A DNA stretch of 62,921 nt, the filler included, from Asterionella formosa (taxonomy: Eukaryota), in NCBI GenBank assembly GCA_002256025.1. It is 5 parts of 5 records of this genome, joined end to end, with 100 filler letters (N's around TTAATTAATTAA, not from the genome) between each part and the next. Parts side by side here need not be neighbours in the genome. Positions count along the whole stretch, not along the records: positions 1 to 28,580 come from NKIB01001184.1; 4 more parts are not named here. One strand, given 5' to 3'. A program made the position numbers and the translations under genes. The notes below the pieces were generated by a model, which made no database searches, had not been told where the DNA came from, and worked only from the letters and a program-made list of their open reading frames with translations. Shown here piece by piece: positions 10,704 to 24,145 of this stretch. Each line of letters starts with the position of its first letter. The first letter of the stretch is position 1.

Positions 10704-12468
10704 CTAATTTGCACAATGTCTCTTTTTCGACGCCACCAATAAAACGTCATGCTGTTCCCAAATAGTTGGTAACGTGCGGAGCATTGTCATTCCTCCTAAA
10801 GCAAAAAGAATTGCCAACAATACCCATGCTGCTGTCCATCCCAAATCATCATTCGCCACCACTTTCCCCACAACAGCCCAAATCGGGGCCGCCATGGAAT
10901 ATCCAACTCCATCCATAAAGGACAAGCATACGGCTTGATTTTCACCGAAGACGGATGCTACCATATTGGGGATTTGGTAAAATTGAAAACTAAGTGACGA
11001 TGCCATGGCACCTGAAGCAAAAAAGACGGTTGAGGCTGTAGCATAGGGGTGCATTCTGCCATTCTGGGCAGCCGAAGCAGCCAACAGGAGTGCAGCAACA
11101 ACAGCATTCCTATACCGTTGTGACAGCATATGCCTCTTCCCTGCAAGGTCCTTACTGGGATAGGTACTGGCAGTAACGACGCCATGGATGAAACCGAGTG
11201 TGACGGATGCAGTCAGACCTCCGCAAATGGAGCCTGATGTTTTGAAAGAAAAACGATCAATAATTGTGAGAATGATATTGTATTCATCCACTTAATAGGT
11301 AACAATAAATATACTCACGAGGAAGCGTAGAAACAGTTTCAAAGAAACTTCCCAACACTCGATCTGATGTGCTTGCTAAACTGGATATGGAATGAGCCAG
11401 ACCTAATATCCAAAATAACCTTGACCCCAACACAGCCTTGGTGCTTTTGAATATCCTGTAGATTGAAAATTCCGGTCGAGGAGGTGGCATGGCTTTTCTT
11501 GGATGTTCGTGAACGAGACCCTGCATTACCATGGCCCCAAGAACAGCTACACCCGCCGCTATTTGAGAAACTTGTCGCCAAGGAAGTAGTTGAAGAAGGA
11601 CGATTCCAGCTGCCTTGGCAACCAGTGTTCCCACAGTATTTGCCAAGGACATGGCAGTTATTCCTGCCGCGAATACCTTTGGGTTTCCATCAAAGTGATT
11701 GAATAGAACAGACGACGAGGATGTCCATTGAATAGATGCCAAAAATTCCATACTAAAGAACAAAATTGCAAACTGAAAGGACGTTGTCGCTTGTGCAAGC
11801 AGCAGTGCACACGCTGCCATTCCCATCATGTAGGTGGAACTGGATTGTTTCCCACCCATGTGTTGACACACGAAACCGTTGACGAATTGTCCCACCGCAC
11901 CTCCAATGGTACTCACTGCTGCTGCCGCCGCGACGAGGGCAGTAGCACCTCCAGCGGCGGACTGTTCGGCCGCAATAAGTTGTACTAATACCACTGGCAT
12001 GGTTTGTGTGATGGAGTTGCAAAAGTTGCAAACAAACAGCGATCGACGGAGGCGTTTCGCATCGATTTCAGTTGCTCCCTTGTCGACATCGGCCATTGTA
12101 CTTTTGCCATTACTAGAGTAATAGTATGGCATTTTCACAGTGCAAGTAGGCCGCTTCCATTCCTTGTTGTCGTCCAAAAAAAGTAAACCATGTTCCATGT
12201 GGTCCAAAGATCTTGGACTATTTGCATGCTGATACATCTGCTTCTGGTGTCTCCTAGTTCTTCTCAAGTCATTGTCGTCCACGGCACACAATTTCCTATA
12301 ATCCAGAGAACTTGGGGAATCCAGAACGCTGTTCGCTGATGGCAACCATCGACGATGATTAAGGGAGTGTGGTTTCTTGTCGAGAAGGGAATCATCGTTG
12401 TCATTTTGATTATTATGCTCCGTAACTTCGTGGAGCACGACAGTATTGGGAGACTGCCGGAGTGCCAT
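10704..12468 (-). CDS. Major facilitator superfamily transporter; intron 11234-11318
   Basis: Many hydrophobic helices, GQFVNGFVCQHMGGK motif-A-like loop; the GTGAGT..CAG intron joins LPR|SICGG in frame. Confidence 0.85.
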
Positions 12469-13605
12469 GGTATGTTTATGTTTATTGGCTGAGATTCAAT
12501 TAAAGCGGAGATATTTCGAGTAGATTTCAAATGATCAATATTTAGCTTGAGTTGAGTTTTGCCTGGCTGAATTTTCGACTCATGATTGCAATTCGTTTTC
12601 AAGTGATGCTGTAAACTTTATATATATACAACATAGAATATGTACTTTATATATATGAATAAAATTAAAGAATAAGAAGAATTGCTATTGCGTTCACTTC
12701 ATACAATGATGGACTACCGGTAGACTGCTTGAGTAAATATTTTTGTTGATTAGGAGTACACATTAAATAATTCTAAAATTTATACAAATATTAGTACATA
12801 TATATATTTATACTGATTATGCCAGTATAAATGAAACACATGCACATATAACCTCTAGTTATTTTAATACGTCACCCAGTTATGATCGGTAAATAGTAGG
12901 AAATACTCCTGTGAAATACATTTACCACTGGTACATACATGATAGCTGTATTGGTACATCTACTACTGGCAGTTTTGAGCAATACCGCTCGCTCCCCACC
13001 AAAAACAAAAAAATATGTACGACTACCACGGAGAAATTATAGTCTACATACGGTAGATTCCGTAGGAAAATCTTGAAATTTGGCGGTGGCTGCTGGAAGC
13101 AGCCAAACACCAAGAAAATAAAAACAATTAACGAAGCAAGCAAATTACCACCGGTATGACAAGTACATAGTATAATCGCCAACGCAGTTCTAGCACATGG
13201 CTGATGTTCTTACCGGGATGTATGTGACGAAAGAATAATACTTCGACTCCAGGAGTACGCACAGTACCAGGTACAAGAAATCCCTGCTGAACGGATGACT
13301 CGCGTCGGCTAGGCCATTCCCTCAGCAGCTGCCATGACGACAGAAGTATTATCATAAACCTTCAGTGACAACGACAAAAGCAATCATCATGAACTTTCAA
13401 CAAAAAGCGACAACACCGGAGTGACTGAATCAGGTACCGTTGGACAGCTGGAATGACTAATGTTGAATGTAATATGTATCATTATTATATATTTAGACTC
13501 AGTAAATAGTCTTGATTGGTTTTATTGACCATGGACTAAAAATCCGGCAACTACAACAGTAGACCTACTTTGTTGTATACGCACATGCGACCAAACGGTC
13601 AACCC

Positions 13606-15078
13606 TCACGCTGCAAAACTTGCTGCGTACCCTTCCACTTTAGATAGAAAGAGTTCCACATCCTCTTCAAATGGGTCATGACCCTGACCTTCCAATATAT
13701 CAATAGTCACATTGAAAGGGTGGACAAAAAAAGTGTCCAAATATTTCTGCGTCACCACGCAATCCTTACTCCCTCGAAGTACAAAAAGCTTTGTATTTGG
13801 TCGATCCAATACTTGTTGAAATATTGCACGTTCATCAACTGTACATTTCATTTGCGCTTGAGCAAAACGGAGCAAGCCTTGTTCCCACCCCTTTCCAATT
13901 GAAGGCCATTGAAAGCGTAAAGCATCACTATCTGAGACACGTTTCCAATCTCCCCAAACCCCACGTAACATGTTTTTCCAAAATGGTTTCCAACTGTACT
14001 CACAACGACGACTTGTGTTAGAGGGCACTCTTTTAAAGAAATTTTGGTTGGGATGATTGATAAACAACACAAATAAAAAATAAACAACTCACCCGACGAC
14101 ACGTTTTAAAACATATTCCATCACTGGGTCAAACAAGCCCCTTTTAGCCATAGTGTCGGGTGAAAGGACACGCTCGTTAAATTTTGAGCGTAAGGCTGGG
14201 GCCACCAAAATGATCAGCACCTTGGTCGTTTCTGGTAATTTCAGGACCATTAAAAGCGTCGTAAGTGCTCCCATGGAATGTCCCATAAGTAGCAAGGGCT
14301 TGTCGTTGTCATTTTCGTTTGCACGCTTGGAGTTATTATTCAATAACAATTGAATTCCAATGTCACAACTAGCGCCGTTTGTGTAGTTGGACAAATAGTC
14401 ATTACGATCAGTGAACCCAAAGCCAGGTGCATCATGAGCAATGATTTGTCTAATATGGAGTCGCTCAGCCAATTTGGGAATGACAGGTAACCAAGATAAT
14501 GAGGAAGCACCAAAGCCATGATTCAAATGCATGGCTTGAAATTCGGTGGGTGCTTCTTGATGATCATGATCGTACTGTAGAAAATGAACACCGTTGGAAT
14601 ACTTTGACAAGCGCGACGGAAGCCAGTAATTCTCTTGTAGCTTCGCAGTCGTAATCCGAGAAGGAGGTGAGATACGATCCTGCAAGGGTAAATGAATCGC
14701 AGAATACACAAGCAGTGCCTTGCCAAGAAAGGCCAGTATCTTGGTAACGTTGACCTTTCTGTTCTTGATAGCAAGCAACAGATGCATCCATGTCAGACGC
14801 TTGTCCCAAGTAGATACGAACGCTATAAATAAGGAAGCCGCCCCCAGGATGGTTCGCAGTAACAGAGGAAGGGGCTGATAGGTGGCATGCAACAATGTTG
14901 GTATATTGAATACATTGGGCTCGTCCGGTCTCGGCACTGGCGCTTCATTCATAGCTGCCACTGCTAGGACTTCGCTGTCTGATGACAGCGACGATTCACT
15001 GCTAGCAGCCAATCCTCTGATGCTAGGTTCCATCGGAGTCATCATCTTTTGATTCGTCATCTTGCTGTTGAGGATCAT
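13606..15078 (-). CDS. Alpha/beta-fold hydrolase; intron 13994-14092; start uncertain
   Basis: HGFGAS oxyanion motif, DAPGFGFT, GHSMG nucleophile elbow, GSKDCVV acid, GHDPFEE His; spliced VVG|WKPFW. Confidence 0.9.
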
Positions 15079-15864
15079 CGCCTGGACGATGAGCTGCTGC
15101 TTGTGCTTGTGCAACAGCAGCGTTAATGGCGTCGACACTGAAAAATCCAGCAAAATCAATGTGTGTGCTATCCCTGTCGATCGTATTGTTGTTTGGGCCA
15201 AAGGAGCAGAATTCACACATATGGAATAATAGCAGGAAGAGTAGCAAAGGCAAGCTACAATGATATAGATAACTAGAGGCGGATTGGTTGTAGCTCGGGT
15301 TGCTTCTGTCGAATGTTTTGTGTTCCGTTGACCAATGTTTGTACCAGGTACAAGGTACCAGTTTCTGAAGATACGACCGATCATGGTGGTGACTTCTATC
15401 GTTCAGACTGTATTTTACCTGTACCGTATTCCCCTTCCGTACGATCTACGTACCGTAGAATTCAAACTGCTGCCCCTTGCTTGTTGCTGCCGTGGTTCGT
15501 TGAACAGCAGCCATGGATTTGACTCCCTATATGACCCTTGAAAAAGTACAAGGTATCTGGTCCTCCATGTGGCTCTCACCCCCTCAGTCTTCCTTCACGT
15601 AAAGGTTTTCTACCTTCGTCAACACTCTCAATGAGGACACATAGACTACCAGTAGTCGAGTTAGTAGACCGATCTCGCCTAGTCCAAGTATTCCCAATTT
15701 CATTGGTATTGCCTTGTTTTGATGTTCAAGGAGCATGTACCCACTGCTGAAAAGTGAAACATAAAATAATAATCAAACAAGTCAAGCCGACAATTGAATG
15801 CCCACTACCAGTACATAGTTTTCTAATGTCCCCTCTAAAGATCCCTTACTGTGTCTTAATAATC

Positions 15865-16842
15865 TTATATCGTCAAAGTGGAATGCTCCACTGCTATCAG
15901 CATGTCGTCGTCGTCGTCCTCGTCGTCACCCTGCTCGTCTTCATCCTCCCCCACCACACCCTTGCGTCGTACTCTACTTTTCTTCCCACTAGCTGATGCC
16001 CTTACTCGCTTTTTATTACTAGGTAGGGCTTCAATTTGATGCATAAGTGCATCGGCCAATCCAACAATCGGTGCAGGCATATCCCTACTTTCACAAAAAA
16101 CTTTCACTTGTTGCAGCACCGCCAATGCATGAGATGGTGATAATACTTTGGGTCCCATCATCAAAACGCCATTACTGTCTATCATTCCACCATTGCTGTC
16201 TACGGTGGGAAACGGTGTTGGCTTTGGCATGAAAAGTTCCGATCCATGTTGTTGTTGTTGTTGCAGTGTCGTCGCCTCATTGAATTTCTTCATCACGTGA
16301 TGTACCCATCCTGCCGTAACGACAAAGTCCGTCGACGTATCCCACGACGCCACGATATCTCTCACTTCTGCCCACGTCACGTGCGTCGGATCATGAAATT
16401 CCTTTAATTTCTGTCGTAATTTCAAATATTCCATTAATTTTTCTTCTTGTTGTTCCCACTTTCGCTTCCGATGCCGTTTGGTCGCTGTATTGAACAAGGC
16501 CCCCTTTTTGTATTTCGTAAGAGCCCGTGAAAAGCACATTTGATGTTTCTCCGTCACCATTGGACCACTATCATCGGATCGTAAAAAGGCAACTTGTGAC
16601 TTGAAGTCTCCCTGAACGAATCGTTCACATAGTTCAAACCACATGGATTGTGGCAAATCCATTCGTGTCCCACCCTTCTTGGCACCACGACGTTCTTGTT
16701 TAGTCGCATCGTCTGTTCCTGCTACTACGAATCCGAGTGGCTGGTGTTCTTGTTCCGTAAACAGTAGTTGTTGGTGAGTAAGGATACTGGGAGCATTGTC
16801 TTGTTGTGGCAGGATGATGGTAGGGTCACCATGAGGATCCAT
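15865..16842 (-). CDS. CENP-B/Tc5-type HTH DNA-binding protein without a DDE domain
   Basis: KRHRKRKWEQQEEKLMEYL..FVVTAGWVHHVMKKFN resembles HTH_Tnp_Tc5; basic NLS-like stretch and acidic tail; intact ORF. Confidence 0.65.
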   Translation of the reverse strand: MDPHGDPTIILPQQDNAPSILTHQQLLFTEQEHQPLGFVVAGTDDATKQERRGAKKGGTRMDLPQSMWFELCERFVQGDFKSQVAFLRSDDSGPMVTEKHQMCFSRALTKYKKGALFNTATKRHRKRKWEQQEEKLMEYLKLRQKLKEFHDPTHVTWAEVRDIVASWDTSTDFVVTAGWVHHVMKKFNEATTLQQQQQHGSELFMPKPTPFPTVDSNGGMIDSNGVLMMGPKVLSPSHALAVLQQVKVFCESRDMPAPIVGLADALMHQIEALPSNKKRVRASASGKKSRVRRKGVVGEDEDEQGDDEDDDDDMLIAVEHSTLTI

Positions 16843-18096
16843 CGTGCTTGTTCTATCCAAAATCAACTCTCACTTTCACGACGAACAGGAGGATTCAATA
16901 CCAAAATGATCAATGATGCGCGCATGCATGTGTAGGTGTAGTAAGCTTGCTTTTGCGTCTGCGAGAGAAGGTTACTATACAACGAGCAGGAGGAGCAATC
17001 TGTTTGGACGATGAACAAAAAGTGGATCAATAAGGAGCACAACATACACAGCAGTTTGTCATTCAGCATGTGCGTAATATCGTCGTCGTCTGGTTGGTTA
17101 TTTGAATGTAGGTTTACATACTAGGAGTACACTTACATACCATTTCGCGCTGTGTATTCATATGAAATCCTGGGAGTGATCATGGTAAAAAGTGCATCAT
17201 TCTGGTACGTTAATGGCAACTCTGCCCAGTGCTTTGCCCTTCACGGCGGCTACATGATTCCATCTCCTCAAAATAAGTACCAGGTACCATGTACTCGCAG
17301 GCCTGAGACCACCTCGGGAGTGTGTGGGAATTCAGATCCAAAAGTATACTTTGAAACAATTACCAACTTGTTAAACTGCCTTTCTTGCATGCACATTGTT
17401 CACCCCTTCTAGATTGTTTTGGATTGGATTACCAACTAAACTTTGGACTCATACCACACAGTAGTTGGTACTTTGATTTTGGATTGTTGTAGCTAGCATG
17501 GGGGTAATCCTTTCCTTGCTCCAGGTCCCCTTAGCTGCTGTAGGAGAGTTTGCACTTAGCCATGGGGGGCTGGGACTAACAAGGGTGGGTGAATTTTATA
17601 TATAAAGTTGTTTTTACAGCTTGGTGGAGTTCAATAATATTGCTTTGTCAAAAGCTGATTCAAAAAATTGTGAAGTTGCTGCCTTCAAACCTTTTTGCTT
17701 TGCATGCTGGTTGTTGTTCATTGTCTGATCAAATATTCCATGAACTTCTTTTGCTTGTGTGGATGTTTGCTGTTCAATATTAGCCTTCTACCTGTAATCT
17801 TCTCGTCATTTTTGGCTAGACAAAATTAGTTCCAGTGGTGCTAATTTGGCCTCAGCCTGAATCTTATTTCTTGTATCATTGCTTACTACTGTTGTTGCCA
17901 TTCCCATGGTTGGAATGCGCATGATATGCACATTCCTGCTTCCAGCATCCTATAGCTGATTGCAACGGCTCACATGAAGATCAATATGGTAGGATATGTA
18001 GTAGTAGGCCTAAGTTTAGATTTTCTTTTGCATTTAATAATTAAGAAAAAATTATGACACACACACACAAAATGGATGCAATATTTGTTATATGTT

Positions 18097-18097
<1 letters not shown>

Positions 18098-18140
<43 letters not shown>
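18098..18140. repeat. (CT)n(AT)n microsatellite
   Basis: Seen directly. Confidence 0.9.
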
Positions 18141-18144
<4 letters not shown>

Positions 18145-18269
18145 CGTCCTCCCCACAAAAGGCATGTAACATCATTGATCCGTTGTCATTGTCATGATTC
18201 ATGTTAACTGATTTCTTTGCTGCTTGCTTCTTCTTTGTTTTATTGGTTTGTTGTTTGCTATGTAAGATC

Positions 18270-18360
18270 ATAGAGATATGTTGCCTTGAAGAAAGTTGTG
18301 TCGAAATCAAGGGCAAAAGTGTGTGTTTTCAAGTTTTTGAAAAGTTTCTCAATTTTTTGA
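18270..18360 (-). pseudogene. C-terminal fragment of an IS630/Tc1-like transposase (same family as 37750-38900)
   Basis: Translates to KIEKLFKNLKTHTFALDFDTTFF, matching the TQHS..VDFDHCF end of the 38 kb copy. Confidence 0.5.
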
Positions 18361-20214
18361 CAAGCTTCTCAATACTAATGGCTGGGGTTCACTTCATGTG
18401 TCGTCGTGTCAACTTTGGCGTCCATCCTCAAAATTCGCCTAGTAAGGAACAAGCAGTGAATTGTTGCATGTCCATATGTAACTTCGACATGATGACCCTA
18501 ATTAAGAAGATGATTTCATAACATGAAGTACATACATATGAAAGTCAGTACAAAGAAATACATAAAGATTTTTTGCATTTTGAGCTGTTGCATTCTTTCC
18601 GAGATTTGATTTTCTCAATATTTCTCATCTATTTGTACAGTAGACAGAATAATCAGCCATCTAACAAATGCTATCAAGCAAGCTATTACTACAGATTCAA
18701 TGATGTCTCTACTTTGGTAATATCTTCAAAATTGAGCAAGCGACGACCAAAACTAATTCTGCTAGCGTCGGAGATTTCAGTTTTTGTTGTCAGCATTAAT
18801 GCAAAAATAATTATAATGAACGATTACCTCGTCTATGTTGCTTAGCTAGGCTAGATAAACATACGAAATATGAATCGTTCATTGTCATTTTTCGTGGAGA
18901 TATTGAGTCTGAGGATCAGTTCATCTTGGTCAAGACAGAGATGATGAATCATCGACATCCTACTATGGCAGTGGCACAAAAAATATTAAATTTACATTTG
19001 GTTGTTTGTCTTATATATATATACTCGGATAAGTTGACACTACCTGGTGCCAGTATGCTATCATTGCTTGTTGCAACAATTTAAGCCTCTGGTCACAATG
19101 CATCACTGTGCAATCCTATTGGCTAGTTTAGAATATGGCTTGCACTGTTGTTGTTTGTTCCTGGATATCGTTCTTTTTGTTGCTAGCTAGTAGTAGAAGA
19201 TTGCAGGGGTGATGATCATTCAAATGATTCCTCTGGCTGGTTGTTATTGCTCAGTCCCAAGTCGTAGCTAGCTCTGATGAAACATCAGTCCCTCACTAGC
19301 TCTTACTGTTCCCTCCTCCTGAAGCATTATTAAATAAGTAGTAATTGCTAATTGCCTGCTCCTTCCTGCTTTTTCTTCACTTGTCCTTATCCTTTTTCTT
19401 GAATTCAATTCTTCTCTTAGACTTGTAGTATAGGAGGGAAAAAATATCACATGACCAATACCTTGTATCGGAAAATGTTGCGCCGCCCAATACAAGGTAT
19501 GCCTGGATTTGGAGGACAAACACAATTTGAAAACATAACAAACATTGCCATTACAGGGTACTTTCAGCATTACCTGTGTACTAGTACCAGTAGCTTTGTC
19601 CTCTTTATTTGATTTTTAGGGTTATCAAATTAATGTTGACCAATGGTTACTCAAACCATTAGTCTAGTCTTTAAAGTACCATAGTTTTTTATTGACCAGC
19701 CTAGTCGAAAATCTTGGGGAAACTAGCACAACAAGTTTTAGCTTTGATAACAAACCCGGAAAACTTAGGAAATTTTTGACTACCGGTATGTACGGCACAG
19801 TCCGAGCATTGTTGCATGTTGTGCAGATGAAATCATACCGGGAAAATATTTGTTTTATTTCGAAGCACGCCCAGTATACCCGGTCGTACTCGTCATCATT
19901 CATCTGCCTTTGATTTGCTTGCTTTGCTTTGTTCTTTTAGTTACCGGTATGCAGTTTTTACAAGATTCATAACAAAGCCCCCGGAATGTACTTATGTACT
20001 ACCTGGTACTTACTGTGCATGATGTTTACGTCCTTTTTTCTGAATTATTTTTCTTGTACCTAACATACCAGGTAAACATGAATACCCGGCGGTACCGGTA
20101 CCCTGGTAACAAAGTGTATCTGTTAACTCGTCAATCATTATCATTAAATTATCATCATCATTTTCATTTTCATCATATATCCTGTAGACTATTCACTATT
20201 TGGATCACCCCATC

Positions 20215-21683
20215 ATGTTGAAAGAAAACGTGGCTCAAACAAGCTTTGAAATTACTGTACGTACAATCATGAAATAGTTTATTTGTTGTATGGGATGCTG
20301 ACGATGGCAATCAGAGTCAATTCTGTCATCCATCCTTCTCCTATGGAAGCACCACCAGTACATTCTTATGCGTTACAATTACTACAACTACCGGTTCCAC
20401 CCTTTAACTGCGAACTCTCTCTCTCACACACACACACTCACACATACACGCAGGTCTCGGACCCTACCACATCCGGAGAAGGTCGCACCAAACACACAAC
20501 CTATCTTGTGGAAATTGCTAAAAAGACTTCCTCCCGTCGTCGTTATTCGGACTTTCAATGGCTCTATCAAGCACTCGTAGATGAGGTTCCAGGTGCATTT
20601 GTCCCACTCATTCCTCATAAAACGGCCATGCGTGGCAGTGTCCGTTTCAGTGATGAATTGGTAGAACAACGCTCTGTCACATTGCAAGCATTCATGACGA
20701 AAGTGGGACAACATCCCGAATTGAAAGAAACCGTGGCGTTGCAAAAATTCTTGACGGCATATGAGGAAGAGTTTACCAAAGTCAAGGCGGGGTTTATCGG
20801 GCCAGACGAGGCAGACGCCGCTGCTGCTGTGGGGGAAGAAAAGAAATCGACCTTGTCTAGTTGGGTCACCAGGGCAAGAGCCAGATTGGCGTCGGCAGTG
20901 GGGATGGAATTGGAAACGACACCGGACGATGCAATTATGGAACAAATGGAAACGTACATTCAGGTCCTTCATGCAAACATTAAGGCTATTCACAAGGAGA
21001 CTGCCATCATGGTCAAGGCGAGCAAGGATCGAGGAGGAGCTATGGTGCATGTGGGCGCTTGTTTTACCACCTTGGGGGCACAAAAGTACCCGCTTGCATA
21101 CACTGACTCATTGGCCAGCATGTTTGGAAAATTGGCTGACGATGTGGCGGAAATGGCGGGCTTTTGGACCAAGTTCCACGAGGTCGAAGAAACGGACTTG
21201 GAAGAGGCATTTCAACTATTGATTCTCGAAGTCATGTCCGCCAAGTTGGCGATGGAACAGCGCAAGACTATTCTTTGGGACTATACCCGTAAGGTTAATC
21301 ACCTTAGGAAACAAACAGTCCAAAAGGAAAAAGGAAAAGTCACAGACGATGAAGTGGAAATTTTGAGAAAAGAAGCGAAGCAAGTTTGGGAATTGGTGGA
21401 AGCTGTTTCCAAACGAGTGCAACGAGAAATGGACATTTGGAGAAATTCTTTTGAGGCCAAAGTGCGCGATGTCTTAGAAACGTACGTTTCAAAAACAGTG
21501 AAACATTATGGACTACTAAAAGACAGTTGGGAAAGCACTGTTACAGTTATTGCAGCTGAGAAGAAGGAAGATACATACTCGCCCCCTTCCCCCATGCCGT
21601 CGGCTCCGCCACCTCCGGAACCACCAATCCTTGTTGATGATACTAATTTTGAGAAAGATGAGGCGGTTGTGGTCTCAATCTAA
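20215..21683 (+). CDS. Sorting nexin (PX + BAR/Vps5-like); exon 1 20215-20256, exon 2 20454-21683
   Basis: Spliced FEIT|VSDP; PX motifs RRRYSDFQWL, PGAFVPLIPHK, VEQRSVTLQAFM..HPEL; coiled-coil BAR region. Confidence 0.93.
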
Positions 21684-24057
21684 ATTCGATTGAATTGGGA
21701 GCTTGCACTGGTGTAATTAATAGTTCACGAGTGCAAGAAAAACTTACCAATTGTCATTTAAGTGGCTTTGCTTTGGTTAGATGCCGAAAAAATGGAGAAT
21801 GTCGCTTTGAGACTAATTTGAAATAATTGCATTGTTCGATAATGAATAGATCCTAGTGGTAAACAGACATGCACTTTGCTAATATCACATGTAACTTTTT
21901 TTGCGAAAGCCTCCTATTAGGGATTATTTGACTTCTCATGAAAGTAGAAGCAATAGCAATGCATCTATGATGATATGATTCATCACCTCATCCAAACATT
22001 TTTGACATGGCAGATCAAACATTTGCATTATTGATGAAATTTTGTGCATTTTGCATGCATACTTATGCTTTGATAGACTTTTCACATGTATGATGCATGT
22101 GTATGAGTATATTGGCGTAGAACACGAAAACAAAGTGGTATCATGTGGAATATACTACCACAGTAGTCTATAGACTATAGTGAATTTTTTGAAAATCATC
22201 TAATTTCTGTTGCTTTTGGGAATGCTTCACATCATTTGCACGAGCACTATCAAAAATCAATTGATGATCATGACATCACATTGTGGTTAGATGATTCACC
22301 AAGAACAACTCCACCCTTCACTTGAGGGGCTTTCAAGAACCCATCAGGTAACTGTAGGGTCTATGGTAGATATTATGATCAGGTTCATGTTGATAAAAAA
22401 TGGTTTCTTGTTCAAGAGGTTAACCAGAGGTCTTATTGATTGAGGTAGAAAGGGAACCGATTTGGAGGAAGCACAAGGATCATATAGAGAAGGCAAGAAT
22501 GTTCTTTCAGCTGTTTCTTGTCTGAGGTATGACGAAAATTACTGGACCATGTTAATAGCACTGCTGCTGTAGTTCTGGATTGAATTGGCCAGATTCAATG
22601 GCATGACATGGTAAGCCAACATGTTCTGACGAGCTCTTCTTGAAAATTTTCATATCCTTGCCATGGAAGAAGCAATGGTTGTCATGGCAACGACCAGCAG
22701 CCTTGTCAGCTGCGATGCAAAATGAGCTAATATCTCAGTTCTATTTTGGAAGTTCAATCTGAAGGAGGGAAATGGTATGGAGATGCTCGTGGTGGGAGAG
22801 GAGAAAGGAGATAGACCGATGTGAAGCCCAATCAACTTGCAACAACAGTGACAACAATGATTGCAACATTGAGTATCAATGATTTTCATTATAATTGATT
22901 ACTACAATTTTCTGACAAATGAGACTACCAAGTTTTAGGGAGGAAATAAATATCGATTCACAAGATTGGGTCGTCATTTGATTGATGTTTGGATTGACAT
23001 ACTATTTAAGGTTCCTGCAATTCAACCCTAAGGCAAAATTAAAATATTGCTTAGAATTGCCGAAATTCCCTGGAACTAAGAAATTTTAGGGGCTTTTTTG
23101 AAAAACATGATTCAATTTGAAACATTCAAATTAGTGGAAATTAGCGCATATGTGCATAGGTTCTTTTTCGAATTGGCTTAACATAAAGATGGAGATTGTG
23201 CATCTATATATGTATGTACACTCTAGACACTGATCAACAATTATGTGTCATATGACCCAGCGGCTTGGCAAATATTTGAAAGTGCACTCTAGGAGTGGTA
23301 TGCAGATGTCCAATGATAATCATCAACTGATACCCATAGTGGATATGGTACCAGTGTTTTGGCAATCACCCAAGAAAATGTTACATGTGCCTCTAGTGTG
23401 GCCATTGTGGGTTTTTTGCAAGATTTTGACCAATCAAAAGATTGTTATTGAAGTGGACACTTACAATAGAGTTTTTGTACACGAGATTGCAGGACAAAAA
23501 TTTGAATCACAAGACTCCTATTCCAAAGATGACATTTCGGCGAGTAGTGATTCTGATTCCAACATTTTGGGACTATTAAGAAGGCCAATGATTTCTAATT
23601 TTTGAATAACAATAGCTCAACGTTGGCAGGGTTTGTTTAAAGAAGAGTTAAGTACATAGGTAATCTTCATATAGCCCCAGAAGATAACTTTCAGAGGGAA
23701 AGTGCAGAATGGATCTTTGGTTTTTTGACTAGGCAAAATAAACAAGTTGGCCCAGTAAAATTCACTATTTTCAGCATGGTTAAAATACTGAAGTTCCTTT
23801 CTGCACTTTCTTGACAGATCCTATATCCTGACAATCAATAGCATTGACCTCTACCCCTACTTTGTCAGAAGACTGCATCTAAGCATATGGAAAATGTGTA
23901 TGTTGGTGAAAGTTCCATTTAGTGATATACATTTATATTTTACTCGTAATGAATGTTTGTTTGACTACTCTGACTCAATTGTTTGATAACAAAACCTCAA
24001 ATCTAGGGTTGAAATGCAGTAACCTTGATCTTCAGTACCAGGTACCATAAAAGGTGA

Positions 24058-24145
24058 TGTTGAAATATATGGCAACTTATCTAGTGCACTCCAGTCCCTG
24101 GAATGACTGGTCAAGATTTTTCTCGTGTCACTCATTTGCATATTA
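24058..24145 (+). repeat. Isolated ~90 bp copy of the terminal sequence of the element at 34343-35769 and 45160-46048
   Basis: tgttgaaatatatggcaac..ctccagtccctggaatgactggtcaagatttttctcg matches the reverse complement of ~45960-46048. Confidence 0.75.

Noticed and set aside
20424..21222. Several overlapping ORFs within the sorting nexin
   Set aside because: Alternative-frame shadows of a relatively GC-rich exon
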